A stretch of 64,000 nt of DNA. Source: an uncultured cyanobacterium (lineage in GTDB: Bacteria; Cyanobacteriota; Cyanobacteriia; Cyanobacteriales; CAWUOF01). Under the pieces are notes generated by a model, which was given only the letters and a program-made list of their open reading frames with translations, was not told where the DNA came from and made no database searches. Location of the stretch: assembly GCA_963744145.1 (NCBI GenBank), contig CAVUSO010000001.1:6816001-6880000 (forward strand), in the 5' to 3' direction. Below, piece by piece: positions 20,502 to 30,473 of the stretch (positions are counted from its first letter, which is position 1; every line of letters starts with the position of its first letter). A program made the translations under genes and the position numbers.

Positions 20502-21365
20502 ATGCAGAATTTCTCTGTTAGCAAAAAAACCAGCGAAACTGGGTGGTATGGTCAGCTAAAGATGATATTTAGCGATCGTCAGGGAATCACCCAGGTAATT
20601 AGCGATCGCGCTCAAGCACCATTAAAAGTCCAAAGACCATTTTATCCAGACAATTCCGGGATTTGTCATAGTATAATTTTACATACAGCTGGGGGATTAG
20701 TTGGGGGAGATGTACTAGATTTAAACTTTCATCTTCACCCAAAAGCTAAAACATTAATTACCACAGCAACAGCAAGTAAAATTTATCGTAGTAATCAGTT
20801 ACCAGCTCAACAAAATATCGAAATTTTCATCGATTCAGAGGGATATTTAGAATGGTTTCCCCAAGAAACCATAATTTTTAATGGAGCAATTTATCAGCAA
20901 AATTTACAAGTTGAATTAGCGATCGGAGCGATTTGGTTAGGATGGGAAATCACCCGTTTTGGACGTAGTGCTAGGGGAGAAAGATTTCTGACAGGAGCAT
21001 GGAAATCCTATACCGAAATTTCGCAACAAGGAGTTCCACTTTGGATCGACAGACAATATTTACCAGGAGGAGAAGAACTACTTAATAGTCCCCACGGTTT
21101 AGGTAGACAACCAGTGATCGGGACTTTGAGCTGGGTGGGAAAATCCGTATCTCCAGAAACAGTTACCCAAATCCGAAAGAGTCTTTCTTCATGTTTTGAT
21201 GACAAAACGGTGGGAAAAATTGGTGTAACTCGTCTCCCAAAAGGATTATTATGTCGATATCTTGGTCAATCTAGCGCGGAAGCGAAAAACTGGTTTATCT
21301 TAATCTGGGATCTGCTTCGACGATCTCATTTAGATTGTCCCAGTTGTCCTCCTCGTGTTTGGTAA
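20502..21365 (+). CDS. ureD: Urease accessory protein UreD
   Basis: APLKVQRPFYP, HTAGGLVGGD, LEWFPQETI, C-terminal PRVW. Confidence 0.95.
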   Translation: MQNFSVSKKTSETGWYGQLKMIFSDRQGITQVISDRAQAPLKVQRPFYPDNSGICHSIILHTAGGLVGGDVLDLNFHLHPKAKTLITTATASKIYRSNQLPAQQNIEIFIDSEGYLEWFPQETIIFNGAIYQQNLQVELAIGAIWLGWEITRFGRSARGERFLTGAWKSYTEISQQGVPLWIDRQYLPGGEELLNSPHGLGRQPVIGTLSWVGKSVSPETVTQIRKSLSSCFDDKTVGKIGVTRLPKGLLCRYLGQSSAEAKNWFILIWDLLRRSHLDCPSCPPRVW

Positions 21366-21383
21366 ATTAATCCGGAGCAATTC

Positions 21384-21686
21384 ATGCAAATATCACCCCA
21401 AGAAAAAGACAAACTTTTAATCTTTACAGCAGCTTTATTAGCAGAAAGACGGAAACAAAGGGGATTAAAATTAAATTATCCTGAAGCAGTTGCTTATATT
21501 TCTGCGGCAATTTTAGAAGGTGCTAGAGATGGACGTACTGTATCAGATTTAATGAATTATGGTACTACTTTATTAACCCCAGATGAGGTGATGGAAGGAA
21601 TTCCGCAAATGATCCATGAAGTCCAAGTTGAAGCTACTTTCCCAGATGGGACTAAACTGGTGACCGTACATAATCCGATTCGTTAA
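21384..21686 (+). CDS. ureA: Urease gamma subunit
   Basis: [11 protein letters not shown]...LNYPEA...[17 protein letters not shown]. Confidence 0.98.
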   Translation: MQISPQEKDKLLIFTAALLAERRKQRGLKLNYPEAVAYISAAILEGARDGRTVSDLMNYGTTLLTPDEVMEGIPQMIHEVQVEATFPDGTKLVTVHNPIR

Positions 21687-22267
21687 TGAGAATACTTATG
21701 AAAATTGGGTTTATCATCTATGAGGGAATGACAGCTTTAGATTTTATCGGGATGTACGATCCAATCACGCGATTAAAAACCATGGACTTTATCCCAGACT
21801 TAGAATGGGATATTTGTGCGATCGCTCCCCAAGTAAAAGATCAAAATGGATTAACTTTTATTCCGACTAAAGTCAACCCACTCCTAGCAGAATATGATGC
21901 GATCGCTGTTCCTGGTGGAATTAATGCTAACTTAGATCGACTCATTGCAACTAGCAACTTCATTCAATGGTTAAAAACCGCTCAAGATTGTCATCTAAAA
22001 ATTTCTGTATGTACGGGGTCATTATTATTGGGAGAAGCAGGATTTTTAACAGGTAAAAAAGCAACAACCCATCCAAATTCGTTGACTAAATTGAAAAAGT
22101 ATACCAATGATGTTCTTGATCACAGAATCGTTGATGAAGGTGATTTAATTACAGCTAGAGGTGTAACATCATCCATCGATCTAGGTTTATATATTTGTGA
22201 GAAATTGGTAGGAACAGAGACTAAAGAAAAAATTCGGGAAAGGATGGATTATCAAACGGATATTTGA
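21686..22267 (+). CDS. DJ-1/PfpI family protein
   Basis: VPGG, SVCTGS nucleophile elbow, [18 protein letters not shown]. Confidence 0.9.
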   Translation: MRILMKIGFIIYEGMTALDFIGMYDPITRLKTMDFIPDLEWDICAIAPQVKDQNGLTFIPTKVNPLLAEYDAIAVPGGINANLDRLIATSNFIQWLKTAQDCHLKISVCTGSLLLGEAGFLTGKKATTHPNSLTKLKKYTNDVLDHRIVDEGDLITARGVTSSIDLGLYICEKLVGTETKEKIRERMDYQTDI

Positions 22268-22293
22268 TTTTCAAAAATCAACTAGGAGGAGAC

Positions 22294-22602
22294 ATGATTC
22301 CAGGAGAAATAATTGTTGGTACGGGAGAAATTGAGCTTAATTCTGGACGTAAACTGCTCAGATTACAAGTAGGAAATAAAGGTGATCGACCCATTCAAGT
22401 TGGTTCCCATTACCATTTCTATGAAGTCAACGAAGCTTTAGAATTCGATCGCGAACTAACTAGAGGAATGAGATTAAATATTCCTGCTGGGACCGCAGTT
22501 AGATTTGAACCAGGTGATGAAAAAGAAATTGAATTAGTACCTTTGACTGGTAGTCGTCAAGTCTATGGATTTAACGGCAAAATTAATGGTAAATTAGATT
22601 AA
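22294..22602 (+). CDS. ureB: Urease beta subunit
   Basis: [26 protein letters not shown]; strong RBS aggagga. Confidence 0.97.
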   Translation: MIPGEIIVGTGEIELNSGRKLLRLQVGNKGDRPIQVGSHYHFYEVNEALEFDRELTRGMRLNIPAGTAVRFEPGDEKEIELVPLTGSRQVYGFNGKINGKLD

Positions 22603-22617
22603 TTAGAGGAAATCACG

Positions 22618-24330
22618 ATGAGTTATTATATGGATCGTCGCGCTTATGCGGAAACCTATGGACCAACGGTGGGTGATCGCGTTCGTTTAGCTGATACAGA
22701 ATTATTTATTGAAGTTGAACAAGATTTAACTACCTACGGAGATGAAGTAAAGTTTGGAGGTGGGAAAGTTATTCGAGATGGGATGGGACAATCACCAATT
22801 TCTAATGCTGATGGTGCAGTAGATCTGGTAATTACCAATGCTTTAATTTTAGATTGGTGGGGAATAATTAAAGCCGATATTGGGATTAAAGATGGGAAAA
22901 TCCAGAAAATTGGTAAAGCTGGTAATCCTTATATTCAAGATCAGGTAGATATTATTATTGGTCCGGGAACCGAAGCAGTAGCTGGGGAAGGTATGATTAT
23001 TACTGCTGGAGGAATTGATACTCATATTCACTTTATCTGTCCCCAACAAATCGAAGTCGCGATCGCATCGGGAATCACCACTATGATCGGTGGAGGAACA
23101 GGTCCAGCTACAGGGACTAATGCAACTACTTGTACTCCCGGACCTTGGAATATCTATAGAATGTTACAAGCTAGTGACGCATTTCCAGTTAATCTCGGAT
23201 TTTTAGGGAAAGGAAATAGTAGTCAACCCCAAGGATTAATCGAACAAATCCAAGCTGGTGCAATGGGATTAAAATTACATGAAGATTGGGGAACTACACC
23301 AGCAGCGATCGATACTTGTTTAAGTGTAGCAGATCAATATGATGTGCAAGTCGCAATTCATACAGATACTTTAAACGAAGCTGGATTTGTCGAAGCAACG
23401 ATCGCAGCTTTTAAAGGTAGAGCAATCCATACTTATCATACCGAAGGAGCAGGAGGAGGTCATGCACCAGATATTATTAAAGTATGTGGTGAAAGTAATG
23501 TTTTACCTTCTTCAACTAATCCCACTCGACCATATACAGTTAATACTCTCGATGAACACTTAGATATGCTCATGGTGTGTCATCACCTTTCCCCCGCGAT
23601 CGCAGAGGATGTAGCTTTTGCGGAATCAAGAATTAGAAGAGAAACGATCGCAGCTGAAGATATTTTACATGATTTAGGTGCATTTAGTATGATATCTTCC
23701 GACTCTCAAGCAATGGGAAGAGTAGGAGAAGTAATTATTCGGACTTGGCAAACTGCCCATAAAATGAAATTACAAAGAGGTGTTATTAGTAATAGTCACA
23801 TGAGTTTAGCAGATAACTTTCGAGCTAAAAGATATATAGCAAAATATACAATCAATCCCGCAATCACCCATGGAATTTCTCAATATGTTGGTTCCGTAGA
23901 AGTAGGAAAATTAGCAGATTTATGTCTATGGAAACCAGCATTCTTTGGAGTCAAACCAGAATTAGTGATTAAAGGAGGTGCGATCGCGTATGCTCAAATG
24001 GGAGATGCTAATGCTAGTATTCCCACCCCACAACCAGTCCATAGTCGTCCCATGTTTGGGAGTTTTGGAGGTGCGATCGGTGCTACTTCTTTAACATTTA
24101 TATCCCAAGCAGCATTAGAAACCGATATTCCGAGTCAATTAAAATTACAAAAACCAGCGATCGGAGTGTCGGGAACCAGACAAATAACTAAAAGAGATAT
24201 GAAATTAAATGATGCTTTACCTCACATAGAAGTTGATCCAGAAACTTATGAGGTAAAAGCTGATGGAGAATTACTAATCTGTGAACCAGCAACTATCTTA
24301 CCAATGGCACAAAGATACTTTTTATTTTAG
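22618..24330 (+). CDS. ureC: Urease alpha subunit
   Basis: [46 protein letters not shown]. Confidence 0.98.
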   Translation: MSYYMDRRAYAETYGPTVGDRVRLADTELFIEVEQDLTTYGDEVKFGGGKVIRDGMGQSPISNADGAVDLVITNALILDWWGIIKADIGIKDGKIQKIGKAGNPYIQDQVDIIIGPGTEAVAGEGMIITAGGIDTHIHFICPQQIEVAIASGITTMIGGGTGPATGTNATTCTPGPWNIYRMLQASDAFPVNLGFLGKGNSSQPQGLIEQIQAGAMGLKLHEDWGTTPAAIDTCLSVADQYDVQVAIHTDTLNEAGFVEATIAAFKGRAIHTYHTEGAGGGHAPDIIKVCGESNVLPSSTNPTRPYTVNTLDEHLDMLMVCHHLSPAIAEDVAFAESRIRRETIAAEDILHDLGAFSMISSDSQAMGRVGEVIIRTWQTAHKMKLQRGVISNSHMSLADNFRAKRYIAKYTINPAITHGISQYVGSVEVGKLADLCLWKPAFFGVKPELVIKGGAIAYAQMGDANASIPTPQPVHSRPMFGSFGGAIGATSLTFISQAALETDIPSQLKLQKPAIGVSGTRQITKRDMKLNDALPHIEVDPETYEVKADGELLICEPATILPMAQRYFLF

Positions 24331-24333
24331 CAT

Positions 24334-24990
24334 ATGTTTATGGTTTATACCTCGGCAACTGATCTATCTGAATTACAGCGATCGCTTATTCCAGAAAACC
24401 GTGTGTCTCTTCATGTCGATTGGGAGGGTTATCAAACAATCCGTAAAATTTTAGGTGAAAACCGATCGGCTCATCTGACCTACTACAATGGTATTCTGGA
24501 GATTATGACTCCCTTAGAACTACATGAAAATTCCAGTGGGTTAATTGGTCAATTTATCGAGATTTTAACTGAAGAATTGAATCTCAACATCAAAAGCATG
24601 GAATCAACCACCCTCGATCGTCCTGGACTAAAAGTAGGAGCTGAACCCGATCAGGGATATTACATTATCAACGAACCTCTAGTCAGGGGTAAAACCGTCG
24701 ATCTCAACATCGATCCACCACCGGATTTAGTAGTAGAAGTTGACATCACCCACACCAATATCAACAAGAATATGCTTTACGCGGAGTTAGGAGTCCCTGA
24801 ATTCTGGCGCTATAATGGCAAAATTCTCAAGATTTATCATTTACAAAATGGTGAATATCAAGAAGTCCAAAGAAGCCCAACTTTTCCTAATGTTCCCAAA
24901 GAGCAACTTTATGAATTCTTGCATAATTGCGCTCAAAAAGGAGAAACCCAAGCAAAGCGAGACTTGAGAGTGTGGATTCGTAATATCTAA
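24334..24990 (+). CDS. Uma2 family PD-(D/E)XK endonuclease
   Basis: LEIMTP, EPDQGYY, PPPDLVVEVD, LGVPEFWRY. Confidence 0.92.
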   Translation: MFMVYTSATDLSELQRSLIPENRVSLHVDWEGYQTIRKILGENRSAHLTYYNGILEIMTPLELHENSSGLIGQFIEILTEELNLNIKSMESTTLDRPGLKVGAEPDQGYYIINEPLVRGKTVDLNIDPPPDLVVEVDITHTNINKNMLYAELGVPEFWRYNGKILKIYHLQNGEYQEVQRSPTFPNVPKEQLYEFLHNCAQKGETQAKRDLRVWIRNI

Positions 24991-25003
24991 GTGGATAATA
25001 GCT

Positions 25004-26131
25004 ATGCTGAAAAAAATTCAAATAAAAGGTTACAAATCCATTCGAGATATGGATTTAGAATTAACGGCTCTTAATGTTTTAATTGGTGCAAATGGAGTCG
25101 GGAAATCAAATTTTATTTCTGTTTTTAAATTACTCCGCTGGATGTTACAAAGTCCTGGACAATTACAAGTATTTATTGGTCAATCTGGAGGTGCAAACGC
25201 TTTACTGTTTGATGGAGCAGATATTACTCCCCAAATCCAAGCCGAATTAAATTTTGACACAGATGCCGGAAAAAATGATTACTTTTTTAGGTTGTTTCAT
25301 GCTGCTACCGATACTTTCATCTTTGCTGATGAAAAATATCGTTTTTCTCGTTCAACCTTTGATGGGTTAGCAGATTGGCAATCTTTAGATGGGGGTCATA
25401 AAGAATCTAAATTAATTGATTTAGCAAATCTTGGTACTTCTACGACTGCTAAAGTAATTTTAAAGTTACTTCAAAATTGTGCAGTTTATCAGTTTCATAA
25501 TACGTCAGAAACGGCGCGAATTAGACAAAAATGGAATATTGAAGATAGCCGTCATTTACGAGAAGATGGAGCCAATTTAGCTCCGGTACTTTTGAGATTA
25601 AAAGAAACAGCACCTCTTTATTATCAAAGAATAGTAGAAACCCTTAGGCAAATTGCACCATTTTTTCTAGATTTTGTCTTAGAACCGCTAAATTATTCGG
25701 TAATTTTACAATGGAAAGAACGTAATACCGATTTGATTTTTAGTTCTCATCAAGCTTCCGATGGTACATTAAGAACTATGGCATTAGTTACCCTTTTATT
25801 ACAGCCAGAAAACGATTTGCCTGATGTATTGATTTTAGATGAGCCAGAATTAGGATTACATCCTTATGCGATCGCTATTATTGGTGGCTTAATTAATAGT
25901 ATATCTCATCATAGTCAAGTAATTTTAGCGACTCAATCAACCTTATTAATTGACTGCTTTGAACCCGAAGATATTATTGTAGTTGAAAGAAAAGATCGTC
26001 AATCTAATTTTAAACGATTAGATTCACAAAATCTTCAAGATTGGTTAGAAGAATATTCCCTATCTGAATTATGGAATAAAAATATTATTGGTGGAAGACC
26101 TCAGAGGATGAGAAAAGTGTACAAAAATTAG
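25004..26131 (+). CDS. ABC-type AAA_21/AAA_15 ATPase, putative defence component
   Basis: Walker A GANGVGKS, signature SDGTLR, Walker B LDEPELGLHP, ATQS, C-terminal GGRP. Confidence 0.9.
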   Translation: MLKKIQIKGYKSIRDMDLELTALNVLIGANGVGKSNFISVFKLLRWMLQSPGQLQVFIGQSGGANALLFDGADITPQIQAELNFDTDAGKNDYFFRLFHAATDTFIFADEKYRFSRSTFDGLADWQSLDGGHKESKLIDLANLGTSTTAKVILKLLQNCAVYQFHNTSETARIRQKWNIEDSRHLREDGANLAPVLLRLKETAPLYYQRIVETLRQIAPFFLDFVLEPLNYSVILQWKERNTDLIFSSHQASDGTLRTMALVTLLLQPENDLPDVLILDEPELGLHPYAIAIIGGLINSISHHSQVILATQSTLLIDCFEPEDIIVVERKDRQSNFKRLDSQNLQDWLEEYSLSELWNKNIIGGRPQRMRKVYKN

Positions 26132-26346
26132 TAGATTTTTGTAAAAAATATTCATCACCTGAATTGATTAACGATGGAGAAACCACTGCACCTTCTAAGC
26201 GAATTATTCAATTTATTCCTAGTTATAAAGGTGCCAAAGTTTCGGTAGCCCCTTTAATGGTTGAAAAAATTGGCTTACCAACAATTAGAAGTCAATGTCC
26301 TCATTTTGATGAATGGCTTATTCAGTTAGAAAAATTAAATAATTAG
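26107..26346 (+). pseudogene. C-terminal remnant of a DUF4276-like partner protein
   Basis: DEKSVQKL...SPELINDGETTAPSKRI...KIGLPTIRSQCPHFDEWL; the N-terminal part is missing and the remnant abuts the ATPase GGRP end. Confidence 0.7.
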
Positions 26347-26347
26347 T

Positions 26348-26380
26348 AAGAACGACATTGGTATCAATCAAAACTCGCAT
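26348..26380 (-). pseudogene. 11-codon stub of a PIN/VapC toxin
   Basis: MRVLIDTNVVL, with its ATG overlapping the upstream stop (TAATG); cut off where the convergent DUF4276 remnant ends. Confidence 0.65.
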
Positions 26381-26604
26381 TACTGATATTTCTCGGTAAT
26401 ATAAGTCAGGTAATCCTCTTTAACGCTAGCATCCCCCCCTATTAGCACCGAACTTTTTGCAACTCCTCTTAGCTGAGACAGGTTGCCCCGTTTTAACTTG
26501 GGATATGTTTCCCGTTTTAGCGATTCCAAAAGAGTTTGCACCAACTGCCAACGATCGCTGGTAGACAGCTGCAATGCTTGTTTTTGAACTTCTTGTAATG
26601 TCAT
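26380..26604 (-). CDS. Small putative antitoxin
   Basis: 74 aa, LSTSDRWQLVQTLL...YLTYITEKYQ; translationally coupled to the PIN stub. Confidence 0.65.
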   Translation of the reverse strand: MTLQEVQKQALQLSTSDRWQLVQTLLESLKRETYPKLKRGNLSQLRGVAKSSVLIGGDASVKEDYLTYITEKYQ

Positions 26605-26649
26605 CTTTGTAAAAACGTAGGTTTAGACTAAATTTGTGACTTATTAGCT

Positions 26650-26727
26650 TCATCTAATAATACCACCAAGTAACACATCTCCATCATGCCAAACTGCTGC
26701 TTGTCCAGGAGTAATCGCAAACTGAGT
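26650..26727 (-). pseudogene. mnmA: mnmA 3'-end fragment, copy 1
   Basis: TQFAITPGQAAVWHDGDVLLGGIIR* matches the MnmA C-terminal pattern Q-x-I/V-TPGQ-A-A-V-x-Y...GGG-I-I. Confidence 0.8.
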
Positions 26728-26736
26728 GGTATTTGA

Positions 26737-26763
26737 TAGGGGCGTATTGCAATACGCCCCTAC
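26737..26763. repeat. REP-like palindrome
   Basis: taggggcgtattgcaatacgcccctac; same sequence at 56035-56061. Confidence 0.9.
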
Positions 26764-26849
26764 CAAATACCATGATATTCTGTCGCTAATAATACATAAC
26801 GCTCTTGATAACGTTAACTTAAGTTTGACAATCATAGGGATAACTATAA

Positions 26850-27186
26850 TCAAGCAACTCCATATCCTGTATAAGGACGTTTATAAGGAGGATGTAAGCC
26901 CAAGACAATATCCTCTTTAGATACTCCCATCTCCACTAATGCTTGTCCAATATCTATTTCAGTCATATTGCGCTGAATCCAGAATCTTGTCATTCTTAAT
27001 ATCTAAATGAATAAAGCAGTTATAAACTCGCTTAAGACCATCCCAGCCCACATCTAATAACTGATAGTGGTCATGTTCTAGATCAAAAATTCGTTGGCAT
27101 TCAATGTCTGGATTTTCTTCTGCCATCATTGCTTGTTCATTGAGCAGTTGACGAATACATTGACGGTAATGTTCTAATCTCTCCAT
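26850..27186 (-). CDS. xisI: XisI-family protein, split by a 1-nt insertion near 26982
   Basis: MERLEHYRQCI...DHYQLLDVGW...IHLDIKNDKI, then shifted frame WIQRNMTEIDIGQALVEMGVSKEDIVLGLHPPYKRPYTGYGVA*. Confidence 0.88.
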
Positions 27187-27211
27187 TCGATAATTACCTC
27201 CTATAAAAGGA

Positions 27212-27502
27212 TCATAGTAAAATACAATCTTTTAGCACTTGAGCGCGAATCCGGGATTTTAACCCAGATTCTGTGACTACATCTACTTTCCGCTCTAACA
27301 ATTGCTCTAAATCATCAATCAATCCTGTCGGAAACCATGATGAAATTTTTTCGATATCATAATCAATTAAAAGATCAATATCGCTATCTTCTGTTTCTTC
27401 AAACCTAGCTACGGAGCCAAATACTCGCACGTTAAATGCCCCGTGTCTTGCTGCTACTGCTAAAATTTTATCTCTTTTTTCGGTCAATTGTTCCAACAAC
27501 AT
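27212..27502 (-). CDS. Minimal nucleotidyltransferase (MNT/MntA-like antitoxin) with no DUF86 partner
   Basis: VRVFGSVAR, DSDIDLL, KVDVVT; ATG 27502 after ggag. Confidence 0.9.
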   Translation of the reverse strand: MLLEQLTEKRDKILAVAARHGAFNVRVFGSVARFEETEDSDIDLLIDYDIEKISSWFPTGLIDDLEQLLERKVDVVTESGLKSRIRAQVLKDCILL

Positions 27503-27536
27503 GATGATATTCTCCCCAAAGTTAATCAACTGTTAC

Positions 27537-27685
27537 TAATAAGTTAACTCAATAATTACCTCCTTTTGAGGGTCATGATCCTGTTCAATAATTCCATCAC
27601 CAATTAGGATATCTCCATCCTACCAAACTGCTGCTTGTCCAGGAGTAATTGCCAACTGAGATTCATCGAAAGCTATTTGTACATT
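27537..27685 (-). pseudogene. mnmA: mnmA 3'-end fragment, copy 2, fused to an xisH-like tail
   Basis: NVQIAFDESQLAITPGQAAVW*DGDILIGDGIIEQ followed by DHDPQKEVIIE; contains an internal stop. Confidence 0.8.
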
Positions 27686-27778
27686 CGGGCGATAATTTAT
27701 CACTTAAACTTTCACCCTTCTTCCAGAATCTCCCAAAATATCCTTAACTGAACCGGATTGAGTCCTAAATTATTAGAA

Positions 27779-28991
27779 CTAGAGCAAACCAAGTCTTTTC
27801 AAAGCATCTTCAGCTGCAAGTTTTTCAGCTTTCTTTTTACTATGATCTTTACCTCTACCATATTCATTACCAGCAACGTAAACTACAGCCGTAAATTCTG
27901 GATCATTATCAGTTCCACCAGAGCGAGTGGTTTTATATTCAGGAGGTTGACGGTTGGGATTACCCGAAAAATTGGGATCTAAAACGACTTGTTGTAACCA
28001 ACCTTTCACATCATCGTTAATTTTAGGTATCGCATCTTGGGTCGTAGGTAAATCGTTGACTACTGCTGCAAAAAAGGGGTTAATAAAATCACTGACTGCT
28101 TCAATTCCTGAATCTAAATAATAAGCACCAATCACTGCTTCAAATACATTACTGAGTAATGAGGTTTTCTGAACGTCCTCCACTCAGCTCTTCACCTCTT
28201 CCCAATCTCATCCATTTTCCCAGCTCTAATTCAGTAGCAAATTTGGCTAATTGAGGAGCATCAACTAAATTTGAACGTAAAACAGTCATTTTTCCTTCTC
28301 TTAAATCTGGATGATATTTATATAAAAAATCACCACTGATAAAAGTGAGTAGAGCATCTCCCAGAAATTCTAACTGTTCATTATCATCACCTTGATTGGG
28401 ATTTTCATATTTATAGGAAGTATGGGTTAAAGCTTGATTGAGCAAATAAGCATTTTCAAAAGGAATACGCTTCAATAGCTGTTCTAGTCTCTCTCTACTC
28501 CGAGCTTCCTCCGCTGAAGAAACAGTTCGAGAACGGTTTTCATGTCTGACTTGCTCTTGAGCTAAAAGACGGAGAACATCTTGTCGCTGTTTTTCGACAT
28601 CTTCCACTTGAGGAGCAGAAATAGATTTCAAGAACCGCAGCACACTATCGATCGCTCTATAGGTATCATCAGTGGAAAAATCAGATTGATGTGCCCACTG
28701 ATTTCGGACTGCAATTAACTCCTTCACTAGAGCTTGATCAGACTGACTCAGATGATTTTTGAAAACTTTGTCCTCCCGATTGACAATAGTTAATAATACC
28801 GACACATCCTCACGAATAATCTCATCGGTTTTTCGTTTCGATTTCTGCTGATTTTTAAAATATGAATTATCTATTTTTTTGATCCAATCTTTGTCATAGA
28901 CTGATGACATTTCTTGGTCAACATATTCATATAAACCTTGTCGCAAATGCTCTAAAGCTTTGCCAATTCTCTCCTTATTATTAATTCCCAT
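27779..28991 (-). CDS. Swt1-like HEPN domain fused to RNase III and dsRBD, split by a 1-nt insertion near 28173
   Basis: RIGKALEHLRQGL...RNQWAH (RxxxxH); ALTHTSY, NEQLEFLGDA; after the shift QKTSLLSNVFEAVIGAYYLDSG and dsRBD SKKKAEKLAA. Confidence 0.87.
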
Positions 28992-29247
28992 TAATTTACT
29001 CCAGCATAGTTGAGTGACTAACTAAATAGATGATCCTGGTTTGCTACGACAAGATTACCTTAACTATACTAATATATCATAAGTAAGCTCATAGTAGTGA
29101 GGCTGACCCGGTTTTAGCCGATCGCCCTGAACTACTTCTAGTTTAGAATATCTTGATCTAGTCTTTACAAATTCTTTATTTATCGATGATATTTTTTACA
29201 GAACAAAAAAACTTTTGCTCGTCTTCTCAGAACCATATTTGATGGTT

Positions 29248-29325
29248 GTCTAGAACAATAGCATCTGTAATAATACTGAGCATAATGGGCTAGTCTAGAG
29301 CAATAGCATCTGTAATAATACGGAG
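29248..29325. repeat. Two 33-bp direct repeats with 45-bp period upstream of a secreted-protein gene
   Basis: gtctagaacaatagcatctgtaataatactgag (29248) and gtctagagcaatagcatctgtaataatacggag (29293). Confidence 0.85.
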
Positions 29326-29394
29326 ACAGATGGCATCAAACATGATGGAACTAAAATAGCTTTGTGGTAGTCTAAAAAAGTGTTGAGTTGAAAT

Positions 29395-29706
29395 ATGCTA
29401 TTTATGTTGAAAATAAGTGGATTAAGTCTCACTATCATTGCTGCTGCTGTTATGCTTCTACCTACTACCGCTCGTGCTGGAGAAGTCCTCGATCGAGAAA
29501 TTGATCAACAACATCGAATCGAGCAAGGAGTACGGAACGGTACTATTAATCGTCAAGAATATCGCAATCTTGAACGCCGCGAGGCATCAATTAACAGACA
29601 ACGACTGTATGATGACCGTCATGGGATGACACCAGCAGAAAGAGAACAGCTCAATCAACGCTTGAATCATCTTTCTCACAGTATCTACGAAGATAAACAC
29701 AATTAA
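29395..29706 (+). CDS. Small secreted protein
   Basis: Signal peptide ending ARA; charged helical body QQHRIEQGVRNG...LNQRLNHLSHSIY. Confidence 0.8.
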   Translation: MLFMLKISGLSLTIIAAAVMLLPTTARAGEVLDREIDQQHRIEQGVRNGTINRQEYRNLERREASINRQRLYDDRHGMTPAEREQLNQRLNHLSHSIYEDKHN

Positions 29707-29752
29707 TTATTTATCTCATTTTTTAAATAGGTTTTTCTGTATATTCGTTAGC

Positions 29753-29795
29753 GATCGCGATCACCTGAGGATATCGGTGATCGCGATCTTTTTTT
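29753..29795 (+). terminator. Rho-independent terminator
   Basis: gatcgcgatcacc / ggtgatcgcgatc 13-bp stem followed by T7. Confidence 0.85.
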
Positions 29796-29837
29796 CAACA
29801 TCGTCAATTAAGTAATGTCCCTCTGCCTAGATCGGGA

Positions 29838-29952
29838 CAAAAAATGGTCAGCTTTCCCTAGCTAACCATTGGAAATTTTTGTTGTGTATTTTCTCTATTG
29901 GTAAAAACCCCAGACTGCACGTTCCCAAACTAGCAGTCAGTTTTAACCATAC
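29838..29952 (-). ncRNA. Candidate small RNA of about 115 nt
   Basis: Minus strand: -10 TAGAAT (29963-29958), internal stem gactgc/gcagtc, terminal stem atggttagct/agctgaccat plus T run; no sizeable ORF. Confidence 0.35.
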
Positions 29953-30047
29953 CTTCTATTCTAATAAAAGTGTAACACCAAACACTAAATTTTTGTTATA
30001 AAACTTAACATATATTGATCAGGAGAGACATAAATTTCCCTAATGAG

Positions 30048-30200
30048 ACGTTAGTTTGACGGACTGAGAAAGCTGAAAAAAAGCTGAGACTAGATTTTAA
30101 GAATTACGTCTCAGCCATGAATAACATTATATCACGTCTCGATATTACCCGAATATTTGATGCCGTAGACTATTTCTGTACATATTTTGAGCGCTATTAG
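30048..30200 (+). mobile_element. IS982-family left end and transposase N-terminal stub
   Basis: End-like acgttagtttgacgga; ORF 30117-30200 MNNIISRLDITRIFDAVDYFCTYFERY*. Confidence 0.65.
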
Positions 30201-30473
30201 CAAATTTTTTGGTCAATTTGCTAGCAGGACTAATTGCTTATACCTAGCAAGAGAAAAAAACAGAACTGGACTTGCTAGGGGCATACGCCCGTACCAAGGA
30301 TTACCAGCTCTACCTCCTGCTATCTTTTAGCTAAGTCAAATTGACTTCTATTTAGGCTGAATCGCCAACAGCTTTAATTTATACTGAACTTACCCCTATA
30401 AAAATGTACTAAATAGACATCAAATGCTTGTATAGAAAGCAATGCCGGATTTTGACCCTGCCCTAATTGTACA

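Noticed and set aside
26650..26920. ORFs 26650-26853 and 26726-26920 as real proteins
   Set aside because: Chimeras of the REP, the mnmA fragment and antisense xisI
29248..29325. Mini CRISPR array (33-bp repeats)
   Set aside because: Two repeats with a 12-bp spacer, too short for a CRISPR spacer
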